A stretch of DNA of 60,909 nt, counting the filler, from Sphacelaria rigidula (Eukaryota), in NCBI GenBank assembly GCA_964200075.2. It is 9 parts of 9 records of this genome, joined end to end, with 100 filler letters (N's around TTAATTAATTAA, not from the genome) between each part and the next. Parts side by side here need not be neighbours in the genome. Positions count along the whole stretch, not along the records: positions 33,897 to 40,575 come from CAXNAA020018674.1; positions 40,676 to 47,353 come from CAXNAA020018675.1; positions 47,454 to 54,131 come from CAXNAA020018676.1; 6 more parts are not named here. One strand, written 5' to 3'. This document shows positions 36,998-48,894 of the stretch, in pieces; positions within the stretch are counted from its first letter, which is position 1; every line of letters begins with the position of its first letter. The notes below the pieces were generated by a model that worked only from the letters and a program-made list of their open reading frames with translations, had not been told where the DNA came from and searched no databases. The position numbers were made by a program, and so were the translations under genes.

Positions 36998-37879
36998 CTG
37001 TATCATCAACAGGAATGCAAATGAAGTAATACACGCTGGTATAGTAGCACCACACGCTATATTGGCATTCAGTTTAGTGTGGAGCACAACACAGTTGGTG
37101 CATGCCTCATGCACTGCCGTCAATACCACGAACCGCACATAATATTTCCGCACGGAGCTCTTCCAGTAAACCAAAAATGTATCGTCATGCTCTCTTGCGC
37201 GGCGTCGACGCACTTCGGCATGTGGCGCTTAAAAAGCATATAAAAGTCAAGCTCTGCGCCAGTGCAATAGTCTTGCCCCGTCTGCAGGGTTGAAACATAT
37301 CTGCGCATGTGATATATATATATTATATATTATATATGTATATAGTCACCCTGCGGCAACAGCCTCGTGGAGTCAAAGACAGCACAACAGCAGGTAGCGC
37401 TTTCTTCGTCATCAGTCTACAGCTGCCGCGGTGATGCCCTACAGTGTTGTGTGACCCAGCACTAAGGCCTGCAACCAATTTGAGAATCTGCTAGCTGCTG
37501 ATCGCGTGAAATAATAGCCTGCCATGAAGTATTTTGGTGCTGAGATTATTTTAACTAGTGCCTCAGGGTTAGTTGCGCTCGATCGGATAAGTCGTAGGGA
37601 TTATGTGGATATTAATAGTAGGGCGCACTATAATATCTCGAACGCGTTGTGCGGCTAGCGCTACCTGCACTGGAACAAGTGTACCATACTCACCCTGACA
37701 GGGAACAAGCTATACCTACGTCTGTCCCCGTAGGCTAGGGTACAGGAGAGCTACCTGCGTGCACTTTGTACTGCTGCATTTCGATGGTTCTTCAATCTCG
37801 TGGAAGATACACCACGTATACACACCAACACCAACACCGACGCACAAAATCGTCGACAGATACCAATAAACACACACAC

Positions 37880-38208
37880 CTGTTTCTTTTCCCTGTCTGC
37901 ACTAGTAGTATCCATACACAACAGCGTGAGCATACCCAGCAAACATCCCACCACAACCCCCACAGCAGCTCCGGAGGTGGCCACCAGCCGGGATATCTTC
38001 AGGCCTCTCTGGTGCAACGAAAGATCCGGAGGCTTTAACCCTAACTTCGTCGCAAAAGCTTCCACCGTACCTCCGAAGCACACCCCGCAAACGTCGCTCA
38101 CAACCTGCCCGCAGGCTGCGGCCGTCAGAGTGGCCAATCCAAATTTTACCCCCAGCGTGTTGTCGATGAGGTCTCCCGCCGTGAGCATGACGAAGTTGTC
38201 CATTATAC
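37880..38208 (-). CDS. TMEM65: TMEM65 family domain exon
   Basis: gctcag|GT ATA ATG. IMDNFVMLTAGDLIDNTLGVKFGLATLTAAACGQVVSDVCG...GVVVGCLLGMLTLL, donor CAG|gtgtgt. Confidence 0.9.
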
Positions 38209-38883
38209 CTGAGCGTCGTTCAGTGCGTGGGGCGGGCGGGGCCAGGGGGGAAGGGGTAATGATGTACTGCGGTCTAAGCCATCGAGACGAAAGGGATATA
38301 TCAGCAGGGGGTCAATTACACATTATCATATTTGAACCGACCCCGTTGTTCATGTTTGCGGTGTATGCGGAGAGTCGCAACAATCTTATCATACATGTCG
38401 CAGGTATTTTTTATACACTGTACATCTAGCCAATAGTGAGATGTGGATCACGTGGCGAGCAAGCAAAACAAGGGATATAAGTGAGCTTACAGCAGAACAT
38501 TACCGGTTCACTACAACCAAGAATAAGTACGGCACTGGACTGTGCGGTGACCACAACGTCAAGCGCAGATGACGATGTCATTGAACGGTGCATTTCATTC
38601 AGCGCAAGGCATTGCAAGCCCCGCAGTCCTGCTTGAGCTTCGTGCAATGCACAAACTGTTGGTAAGCCGACATAGCATGGTTACTTTCACCTTCACAAGA
38701 GCACCTTGTATCAACTTCCTCGTGTGAAACGGCTTCAGAACAAGATTCGTGCGCACCAAGAACATGACACGGAATCAAAATCTGCTCACACCAGCCAGGC
38801 AATACGGTAACTTCCGAACAACATCGAGTATGTTGCCCGGCGCGACCGGCAACTCTCGACCTCTCCCTGTTAACAGAGCTCAC

Positions 38884-39188
38884 CGAATCCCACCATGGGC
38901 ACAGCGGCGTGCATGAACAGCGTTTGCAACTGCGCACGCGTTGGCGGGACATCATTGACCCCAATCGGCGGCGGAACTCCTTCTGCTTCCATAATTGCGC
39001 CGCCATTTGATGACTGAGCCACTGATGAGGTTTTGAAACGCGATGCTGATGATGTAGGCCGCAGCGAAGTCGTCGCTTGATCGCGGACAGCGTAAGGAAT
39101 AGGTCGTGCTGCTATTGAATGTACCCTGCCATGGCTGTATAGCCGGCTATGGGTGTTGTTGACAGCACTCAACGCTGGCTCGGATCCC
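38884..39188 (-). CDS. TMEM65: TMEM65 N-terminal exon (5' boundary uncertain)
   Basis: PPTRAQLQTLFMHAAVPMVGF G|gtgagc joins the next exon to give PMVGFGIMDN. Candidate acceptor ttttgtcctgcag at 39189. The Ser/Arg-rich leader suggests organelle targeting. Confidence 0.7.
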
Positions 39189-40114
39189 CTGCAGGACAAA
39201 ACCAACAGTGTGCCGTCAGACGGGTCTACAGAACAGCACGGTGCAGTAGTTGAGCATATGCCACTCGAGGAGAGCATTGCTCGGAGTAGATATATACACA
39301 GCGGCAGAAGAAGAGAAGAAAGGCAGGGCAGCAAGCGTTGTGTGACGTTACTTTTTGTAGAGTGTAGCAGCTCTAGCCCAAGGCTAACCGATTGGCAATA
39401 TTCGTTCGCCTGATGAACTGATTACAGACAAGGTAATACCAGGACAGTGGTGTGAAGCCTAGAAAATCTGCTTCATCACACTCGTATTATTTGGGTGATG
39501 CAGTCGTGGAAAGAAACCCTTTAGTACCTTTCAATCGCCCGTTTACTCGCAAGCCGGAGAGAAGCCCGGGCCTCAGTGGTCAACGCAGAAACCCACATCC
39601 AATCTCTAGCTGGTGATGGTCCTCTGCGTAAGTGCACCATTGTCGTCACACTAGGTCCCATGTGGTCATACCCGTCAGTGTTGAGATTGAAAGGTGATTC
39701 ATAGAGGACTGGGCACCGGAGCCACTCCTACGAAACTGCAGTATAGGCGTGTATTTTGTGGGCTTTCACGTGGTAGTAAGGGTCGGTCACCCTTGTTTCG
39801 TGCACGTGTACTCTCAAGACAGCTCTAGAATGTTATCGTTGTCCTTAGACGAGTTGTACAACGATAAAGGGAGATCAAACCCGCCGTTTTCTTTTACAAA
39901 GTGGGGCAAGAGGCGTTTTCACCCGTGCCCGTTGTAAACAACGAAAAACACACGACGTGTTGTCTGAAACAAATATTTTTTCTTCTGTCCGAATGACCGC
40001 ATCTTTATAACCTTTTCCGAACCTGACGCACGGAACAACCACGACCCTAACTTGGACAACACGGTAGGGGACAAGGGCGCGGTGGGGATGATGCTGTACC
40101 TCCCCCCCCCCCCA

Positions 40115-40575
40115 CCGGCGAAAACCTGGCGTGCTCCGTCCAGGCTTTGTAGGGACGGATCCCCGATAGGGTTGGCGTCGGGTGGCGATGACGCTATGAA
40201 ACACGCCACTCACTGCGTAAGCTAGGCCACCAGGTTACCGATTTTTTGTGCGCGCTTCCGTTTTTTTTGCGGTAACCATGATGGTAGTTGAGCTAGATCA
40301 TGTTGTGCGGCATGGGAGAACCTCAACTCCGCACAATGGGCATGATCGTACTACGTAGTGTTTACATGGTGAGACACCCATGAGGCAGTGCATAAGCTGT
40401 GGCTGCCTCTGGGTGTAGCGATACCAGAAAATAAAACAACTCATTGGAGGCTGTCATCCAAATGCAAGATTAGTAGGCTTCGGGCCGAACAATCTTAGCT
40501 GGATGCGGCTCACCCTTCATGCGACTCGCCGAACACATCACGGCGCTTCGGGTTTGGTGATTGAGTGCGAGCCTG
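40115..40575 (-). mobile_element. Repeat family B copy, cut by contig end
   Basis: Colinear with 30665-31140; preceded by a C12 run. Confidence 0.85.
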
Positions 40576-41779
40576 NNNNNNNNNNNNNNNNNNNNNNNNN
40601 NNNNNNNNNNNNNNNNNNNTTAATTAATTAANNNNNNNNNNNNNNNNNNNNNNNNNNNNNNNNNNNNNNNNNNNNATCTCCCCCGATTTTTCAGAAAAAT
40701 CGGGGGAGATGTGGGAGTGTCCCGATTTCAGCAGAACGGTGATGTATCGAAAGTCAACGCTCAGAAAATCGGAGAAGTGATCTGATTTGCTCCCAGCTAG
40801 CCGAAAAACATTGCCCAACGGATTGGGGTCCGAAAAATCAATCCACGGGAGAAAATCGCCTGTAGATGGGCTGAAATCCTCATATATATTTGTAAAAACC
40901 GGGGCTCGTTGCCATAAAGGTGGGTCTAAGACACCGTCTAAGACACGGCCTAAGCAGCAACGACTTTCCGAACGTGCGTGTTACCGATAAATAACGCTCC
41001 TTCATACTGCTTGACGCCGTTTTACCCAAATACAAGCGCACGACCAGTGTGTCAGGTTGTCCGAAACATCCCGACCCGGACCCCAACCCTAACCCTATGA
41101 GTCATGGTTTCCTGGAATCAAACACCCAACCTATCGCAGCACGGCTCTGTACATGCTCTTCTGCGCAGTAGCGGTAGCACCGCATGGGTGGCGCAGGGTA
41201 AAAACCTACAAACGCAGAACAGCACGGCGCGACTTTTACCTCTTCAACTCGACACCGACCACGTGGCATTCGGAACAGAAAATACCAAACCCTGAAGAGT
41301 TGGCCACGGTCCACGCTTACCTGATACCAAAAAATAAAAACAAACCTCTGGTTCAACTTATATATTAGACCGCGGTGCGGGTAGTCCATCTCGATCACGC
41401 CTACTTTTCTCAGGTGAATATCGATGCCGATTCAGCAGGTGGCCCGCCCTCGTCGTCCAAGGGGTTAAACTTTTGAGGGCGAGGGGAGGTCACCTGCCGA
41501 ATCGGCATCAATTTCACCTGAAAAAATAATGCATAATCCGGGTGAACTGCCCGCATCGCGGTCGAAATAACCCTTCCACATCGAGAGTAGGTCATCTACT
41601 GAATCGGCATCAATTTCACTCGAAAAAAGTATAATCCAGATGGACTAGCCTCCTCGCCGACCATCCGTTTTTCGCTCATCCCTGAGATCAGATGTTCTTC
41701 CCCCCGAAACTCCCTGAGTACAGGTGCTCATGTTTGAAGTTCGTATCAGAACAACCGCACAGCACAGAACCGTACCCAC

Positions 41780-42403
41780 CTGTTTTCGAAGGTTGCGCAG
41801 AGATCGGATGTGCCCGGCGACCTCGCTGTCGAGCCTGCCTTCGTTGAGCTTTTCCTGCTCTTCGTACTTGGACATGATGTGTTTGGTCACCTGGAGCGGC
41901 TTGCTCTGCTCCTCTTCGATGACCTGCTGCATCCAAGCGGCGCGCTCCTCTATCGGCATCGCTAACGTGCTCGTGGCAGGCACCGGCCTTGCATTACTCC
42001 CCCCCTGTGCTTTGATCTTTTTTGTCTTCAATAGCGCCGCCTTCAGAGCAGCTTCGTTCGCTAGCTTGTGCCAATGAAGTAGCTTGATCTCCGCTCGCAA
42101 GTTGTCCATAGTCTTACTGGGATTCCCGGCACCGCCGCCACCACCACCGCAACCGGCACCGTTGCCCCCTGCGCTACGTTGTATTGCGGCCGAGTACCTG
42201 GACCGTCCAGATCGTGCGGAGGCCGGCATCGCTGGAAGCGAACCTTCTCCGCCCCTGCCGCTAGCGTTTCGGGCTTCCGCCGAACACTGAAAAGCTTCGA
42301 ACTCTGATACCCAGCCATCGTGTGATAGCCGGACTTCGCCACTGATGTGCTGCACCTCTGGTCCCGCTGGCCCTGGCGGGGCTACGGCTAGCTCGGCTGG
42401 CAT
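41780..42403 (-). CDS. First coding exon of hypothetical coiled-coil protein
   Basis: Long GC-rich ORF with Gly-rich N-terminus and helical charged C-terminus (EERAAWMQQVIEEEQ...); donor CAG|gtgggt. Confidence 0.7.
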
Positions 42404-42865
42404 GTACGAGGCGTTAAGTCCTATTTCAACACAGAGTATACTCGTGTGTACTTGCTGTTGTGGCCGCACGCGTGCGCGAGATGCGATCAGTAAACTTGTT
42501 AGACAGCTCCCAGATCTCTATTCTTCAAAATTGGCGTGATATATCTCTTTTCGAGTGAATGGTATGACTCTCTCGGAGACGTGAAGAACGAGGTGCAAAT
42601 AGTAGTAGAGCACGTAACACACACACTATCTCTCTCTCGACATGGAAGCTGCTAGATTGGACGAAAATGACAGTTACGACATTATGAAATGACCTGATCA
42701 CAACGCGAATGAAATAGATGAGTAACAGAATGATGAGCGGGGCCGCACCATCGAACAGGCAGTAAACAGGTTACCACCAGCAGGTTATTACCGGTCGTCG
42801 CTCGTTACTTGCCGCAGTCGTTACGCCCCACAGCAGATCAATACAGATGTTTATCTAGCCTTGAG

Positions 42866-43297
42866 ATGTTTGCGAGGCCGATATGGAGGCCACTGCTGCA
42901 GCAGGCTACCATCTCCCTACTACTGTTTCATCACCCACGATGTCGCGGCGAAGAAAACCAAGGACAAACCGAAAGTCGTTTGTTACGAGCCGAAGCAGTT
43001 GTACCCCAGTTGATGCGGCCATCGGAATCTTATGACCCGACCAAGGTACCAGATACTATCGATGTGAGCGAATGCATCTTGCTGTTCGGAGCCTTCTGTA
43101 ATGGAAATATGGGGGACGTCATGCAGGCGGCCTCAATGCGAAACCTCATAAATGGGCTGGCCATGACGCAACCCTGCATCTGGTATGCGCACCCTGTCAA
43201 AGAGAACTTCGGTAACGGCTTTGGAGAGGGCGAATTTTTCGTCGGAGACTCGTCACATATCTTGTCTATAGGGTGCGACGCCAACAGTGCTCGACAG
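42866..43297 (+). CDS. Polysaccharide pyruvyltransferase-like protein, exon 1
   Basis: ILLFGAFCNGNMGDVMQ matches the N-terminal 'G.yg.gNxGD' motif of the CsaB/WcaK (PS_pyruv_trans) family; donor CAG|gtacgc. Start codon uncertain. Confidence 0.75.
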
Positions 43298-44650
43298 GTA
43301 CGCGAGGGGGCAGATGTTGGCAGTTTTGGCAGATGAGCAATACCACGGTAGGGGTGCACTTTTTGCGCGAAAGCTTGCCTGGTTGAGGGGCTCCTCACGA
43401 GTCGAGATCGCACGAGAATATGGGTCAGGGCATCCCTGTTTGCAAAATCATTCAGGATGTCTCTAGCACATTGAAATGGTGATCCTGGCATACCCTCACA
43501 TATTCCGTGAGTGGTGTTGTGGGTGATGAGATACAGGGCTCCTATTCAAACCTCACAAAAATATTTGTGCAACCCTACCGTAGCATCACTGAGATGTTGG
43601 ATGTTTTCCGATATGTTTCCGATTTCTCCCAGCTGCTTGGTCGTGCAGGAGCGGTGGGTAGAGTGGGAGACCACGATATACTACCAACTATTTCCTGTCG
43701 GCGGCCTTCACGTTATCCATCGGTCTGTTCGTTTTCGGGCTGCTGACATTCTCTCATGCTTCTCTTGAAGTTAAAGTTTTTCCTCTTCATCCCTGTATTG
43801 CCCTTCCGTTTGTATTGCGATGATTCGTCGCTTCGAAATGTTTGGATATCAAACTTTGATGATCTATCTTCCTCCAACAACCTGTCGCCCTCGAGGTCGC
43901 CTGCGGGAGTATCAGTACAGTCGATTATATCTCCCCCTGACCTTCAACGCAATCAGCCTCGACATCACTGTAGCTGGGCAGTTCCTAAACCTTTATAGTC
44001 GCCACCTCAATGACATACCGCGTATTCGTGGTCCTCAATCTCTGATCACGTAACGTCGTGTAATCGAAGCAGGTCGTTTTTCACATATTTCGAGTGATCC
44101 TTGATTCTGTGAGGTCTAGTTGAGCTGTAGTCGCCCTCAGCTTGCCCCAGGTATGTGAATTTATGTGGGCATGGACAATGCGCGATGCAGCAGCTTCCCA
44201 CATGAATCACCTCCTGTTGTGTTGTACGAGTACGAATTGGTACTAGAGGGCCAACAGTCCAAAGAACTCGCCCAGCGTGTTCAGCATGCGATTTGGGTAA
44301 AATCCACGCCGCAGACGCCAGAATAAGCTTTTGTATCGGATGTTCTTCGCTGGACACTGCGCACCCTCCACACTCTCCACAACGACAGTAGTGGGTACAC
44401 TGTACTGTAAAAAGTGTACTGCGTACAGTGTCGACTATTGCGTCTTTCGCGATGTAGACAATAAATTCCACTTTGTGTGAACGACGCTTTTTGACGTTTG
44501 AATCTGTTGTCCAGGGTGTTACACCCTCCCCTTTCCCGTTAGTGCTTTGTCTCTCTTTGATTGAGGTTCGGATGAGGGGTAGGGTTGGGGTTTGGCAAGA
44601 ACAAGATATGAAATCATTTTTCGGTATTTTGCCCTCTGTCCAATTCAAAG

Positions 44651-44784
44651 GTTAATCGGTTCAAAGGACTGATCATTGGTGGCGGAGGCTTGTTCGTGAG
44701 CCGGCACCCGCCGCTAGACTGCCCGGATTTTGTGAATGCGCTCTCGGCGGATCTTCCAGTTGCCATCTTCGGAGTTGGAGCCAG
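44651..44784 (+). CDS. Polysaccharide pyruvyltransferase-like protein, exon 2
   Basis: ttcaaag|GTT. VNRFKGLIIGGGGLFVSRHPPL...LPVAIFGVGA AG|gtatga, with IIGGGGLF and P..ifGVG motifs. In phase with exon 1; not in the ORF track. Confidence 0.8.
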
Positions 44785-46609
44785 GTATGATGTCGAAAAG
44801 GTGCACAATGGTCTCTGAGGAATCAGCCGCAACCCAATGATTACAATGCATTACAGTAGTGACACATAGCCAGTATTCGCCGAGCAAGTATGACTGTGAG
44901 AACAGCATACGCAGGCCTGCGATTGTCACCGTGGGTGCACATAATTTCTGAGTTGCAACATACTACTGTTGTAATCTGTAGAAGCTGATTCGAGTGTATT
45001 TTCAGGTGAAGGTCATAACTTCGTCATCCTACCGACGACTCCTCCTTTATATCAAAGTATATATATGGATGGGCGTGAGGCCTTTGACCTTTGACATGGA
45101 GAGTAGTCGTCGATCCGGTATATCGGCATCTTTAACCGCGAAGGTAAGCCATCTGTTGAATCGGCATCACTTACACCTTGAAACGAAGAATGAATTATGC
45201 CGATGTACCATATCATCTACTCTACATGTCAAATATCTCTAAAAGATTAAACGTGCCGATTTTCCACATCGCCTACTCTACACATGAAAGGTTTAAGGAT
45301 GAATTGGTTCACCTCCGCGGTCAAAGTTTACCCTTCGTCGGGCATTCGCACCCAGCACATGACACCAGTTGATTTGATCTATTTGATTTGTATACTGTAT
45401 TATCGCACGTTGATCGAGCCACCAAGGATGCAACCGTGGTACAGCAGCTGACACTGTTGTCGCGGCCCCTCGGTTGCTCGATAAACTATCGACGTTGAGG
45501 GCGTTGGTGGCGCAGTGACACTCCACGAGCTGAGCAGCTACTTGTCACAACATGTTGGTTTTTCAAAATACATTTTCGATACGAGACACGGTGAGTGGTC
45601 GAGGGGTCTATTCAAGGGTCTTATTCAAATTTGACAATTTTTGTCGAAGTGGGCGCCTGCGGCATCGATTTGAGGTCGACCAACGCACCCTTTGCCTAGG
45701 GAAACTTATGAACCTCCTTGCCCGAGGGTCTCGTACGCCTTGGGTCGGGATTGGGATCAGGGTTGGTGTTCTGTTTCGTTCGAAAAATCAACCATAGATC
45801 CACGCCCAAAGCTACAGATCCCCTCGCCAAAGCACCCCAGTAATCAGACCATAATAAATAGTACAGCCGAGCTTGTTCTAGTACTGTCGTGATGAAATTC
45901 TCGCGATATATTTTTCTCGGCCATGATTTTCCGCCAAGTAGGTGCAAACCGTACGAGACGTGACACCCGGCCCTACTTTACCCTCGACCCGTCGCCATTG
46001 CTCCCGCGTAAGTACTTCCAGAGAGAGAGTGGTCAGTTATGATGTTGAGAAGCTGGTGCATTTCGTATGAAGGTGAATGAAGGCCTTGCCGACCAAAAAT
46101 CCGTTTCCCACAAAAAATAAGATGAACGCGGAGAGATATTGTAGACGTATTGAAGACGTGATGGACTGTTCGGACCTGTGCCGAACCTGTCCCGAGCGTG
46201 AGACATGCTCCATCCCAAGTTACCTAGGTTTAGTATACTACTGCTGTATTTTTCTTATCGCGCAGTTCTCGAAACAGGAAGCAAACCGGCCTGGGGCACT
46301 ACACAAGCCCCCGCACACATACTAGATCTATTCAGTGTGGCCGCCGAGTTGCTCAATTCGCCACAGCGGATCCGAAAAGCCCCAGAACGTTACAGGAAAC
46401 GCGTTTTCAGTACATTTCGTGTTTGTTGCAGCGGTTTGCAAAGTGCTGCGTCCTCCGCGGCACGCGTCACGGAAACCTGCTTGCAATACTTGATGGTTCT
46501 GGTGTGTGGGAAGCGCATGCATCAATACGATAGATACCCTCACTTTCACCTAATTCGTTATCTATCTCGAGATGAAGCGCACACAAGGCTTAACACTAAA
46601 ATCAGCATA

Positions 46610-47353
46610 TTACGAGCAGAGGCACTAGATGGCCTAAATCTGGATATCGCGTCTCAGTTTTTGAGAGTTGTGCTATGAGTTTTGGTAAGGAAAATCGCTA
46701 GTGCATAATGAAATAAAATAAAAACAGCTTTTTAGGGGGATTTTCGTGTTTTTAGGGGGGGGTTGAGAAGAAAGGAGCATTGCTTTTGGGTCTTATCTCA
46801 ATTTTTCAGCTTAATTTTTAGAATTGTGATTTGAAACTTGGCATAGAGAACGACAGAGGTATGCTGAGTAGAAAAAACAAAATGGGCCTTCATTTTTTTC
46901 TTAGGAATTGTTCGGGCTTTCTCGTGAAAAAATCATCGTTACCATACTAAAACGCCCTCAATCAGTGAAAAATAAAAATAAAACCCGGCCTCACCCATTT
47001 TTCTTGGTTCATCACGACCTAGCAAGGTCCTGCACAAAGTTTCAACCCACAAACACCAAACGTGGGCCGATAAACGGCCTGCAAAATATTGTTCCGAATT
47101 TCCGCCGGCCCGATTTTTCTAAGGTAAATTCGCATTTTTTTTTCTTGGAGTTAGACCGTGAAATTTGGTATGGGCAATCAACGGAGCACGAAGAAAAGCT
47201 GTCTGTGAGGTCCCGACGACTTTTTTTTTCGTGAGTTGAGGGCAATAATCAGTTTTGAGGTTTTAGTAAAATGCCCTTAACTCACGAAAAAAAAAAAATC
47301 GTCGCGACCCCACAGACAGCTTTTCTTCATGCTCTGTTGATTGTCCACACGAA
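46610..47353 (+). mobile_element. Non-autonomous repeat related to 18250-19370, with internal inverted segments
   Basis: Shared blocks with contig 3; gaagaaaagctgtctgtg...tcgtgagtt vs aactcacga...cacagacagcttttcttc inverted. Confidence 0.6.
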
Positions 47354-47757
47354 NNNNNNNNNNNNNNNNNNNNNNNNNNNNNNNNNNNNNNNNNNNNTTA
47401 ATTAATTAANNNNNNNNNNNNNNNNNNNNNNNNNNNNNNNNNNNNNNNNNNNNCGCGGCGTAACACTGACAGAGTACAGAGTACTGTTTGTATTAGAACA
47501 TGATCATAAGTTATTATGAAAATAGAAGATAATAAACCATATTCAGCGTTCAAGGCACGGAAGATGGTGCTGATCGTGAGGTGACAACATCCAAGCGAAG
47601 GCGTCTCGGCTGGAGCAAGCGCCGACGCGCCTGTCGTCGAGTGTGGCCATAGAGGGAAACATGTCACAAAAGTACTCATATAGTTCAGGCCCAATGTAGA
47701 CAGTAGAGGTATGGTCATGCAGCAGGATGTCTTGGCAGCACGCGATCTACAGCTGTA

Positions 47758-48150
47758 CTACCGAACGGCAGTAGCACGAGTCGGCTCGCAAGGCGCCGGC
47801 GCCCCGTCCTGTGTACCGAAGGGTCAGGCAGCACGTCACCGTGCGGTACTGTAGCAGTAGCCTGATACGGGACTTGTACCACCATGCTCTATGTCGCATA
47901 CGCAAGGTGCATGCTTCAATGTACAAGATGTGCGTTGAACAGATCGCCAATTTACACTACAGGACGGCAGTGGAACCGCTCGACCCGAAAGGCGCCGGTG
48001 GCTCACCTGGCCGTGCCCCGAGGGAACAGGCAGGACGCCACCGCGCAGTACTGTAGGAGTAGCCTGATACAGGACTTGTACCACCATGCTGTATGTTGCA
48101 TCCCCAAGGAGTATGCCTCGATGCACAACGGGTGCGTTGCACAGAATGCC
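47758..48150. repeat. ~200-bp tandem duplication
   Basis: gtactgtag.agtagcctgatac.ggacttgtaccaccatgct.tatgt.gcat at ~47847 and ~48048. Confidence 0.85.
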
Positions 48151-48894
48151 GATCACAACAAGAGATATGATTAATATATGTATTCCAAGAGGCCCCACCA
48201 ACTAAACCCCAAGAGCCACGGCCCCCCAAGCAACTAGATTTCAGTACGAGCTGGGCCGGCCAAGAGTAGGCGCGAACCTCGCTCAGGCGACACACGGCGA
48301 GTTATTAGGAGTTGGACGCTGAAATTCTGACAACAGCTTTTTATGATCGTAATGCAGAAGATCACGTGAGCAGGAAAGAAAAAAGGGAAAAATCAGGAAG
48401 TTGTGGGGATTCGAAATTTCGGGGGGGGGGAAGCTAGATGAAGCCATAGGTCCAGGAAAAAAAAGAATCTGCAGCTGGACTCGTGAAGTATCAGTTCCTT
48501 GGGTACAGAGGGTCTTCCTGAAATTTCAGCTCAAGACTAGTGGAATTGGGCCGTGCGTTCAACATTTTCCGTGACGCTGCTGCGCCCCACTAATATCCCG
48601 TGCGGGGTGATTGCTGACGTGAACCCGCCGCATTAAAAAAGAAAAACGCAGTCCGACACGATATCGCTGAGCGATATCAGACCCACCCTGTACTCTATGC
48701 AATACAATAACGTCATAGGCACTACGACGCCAATCGAACAGCGACCCAGTCCTTTGTCATCAGGTGGATGAGCAGTTCACAGTGGTATGCTTACATCGGG
48801 TTCATTCGGGAAACTAGGAGAGCTGCGGTGTGAGCAACTTTTAGCAGCTTTTCAGCTGGCGCAGCTCGTACAGTAGTCGGGAAAAAGAAAGGGG

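Noticed and set aside
41080..41097. Telomere-like ccctaaccct (also ~20598, ~50060)
   Set aside because: Only 1-2 units inside dispersed repeats; not a telomere
46021..46678. Candidate third exon of the pyruvyltransferase-like gene
   Set aside because: Phase-compatible acceptors give no family motif (e.g. the 'vRD..S' segment); left uncalled
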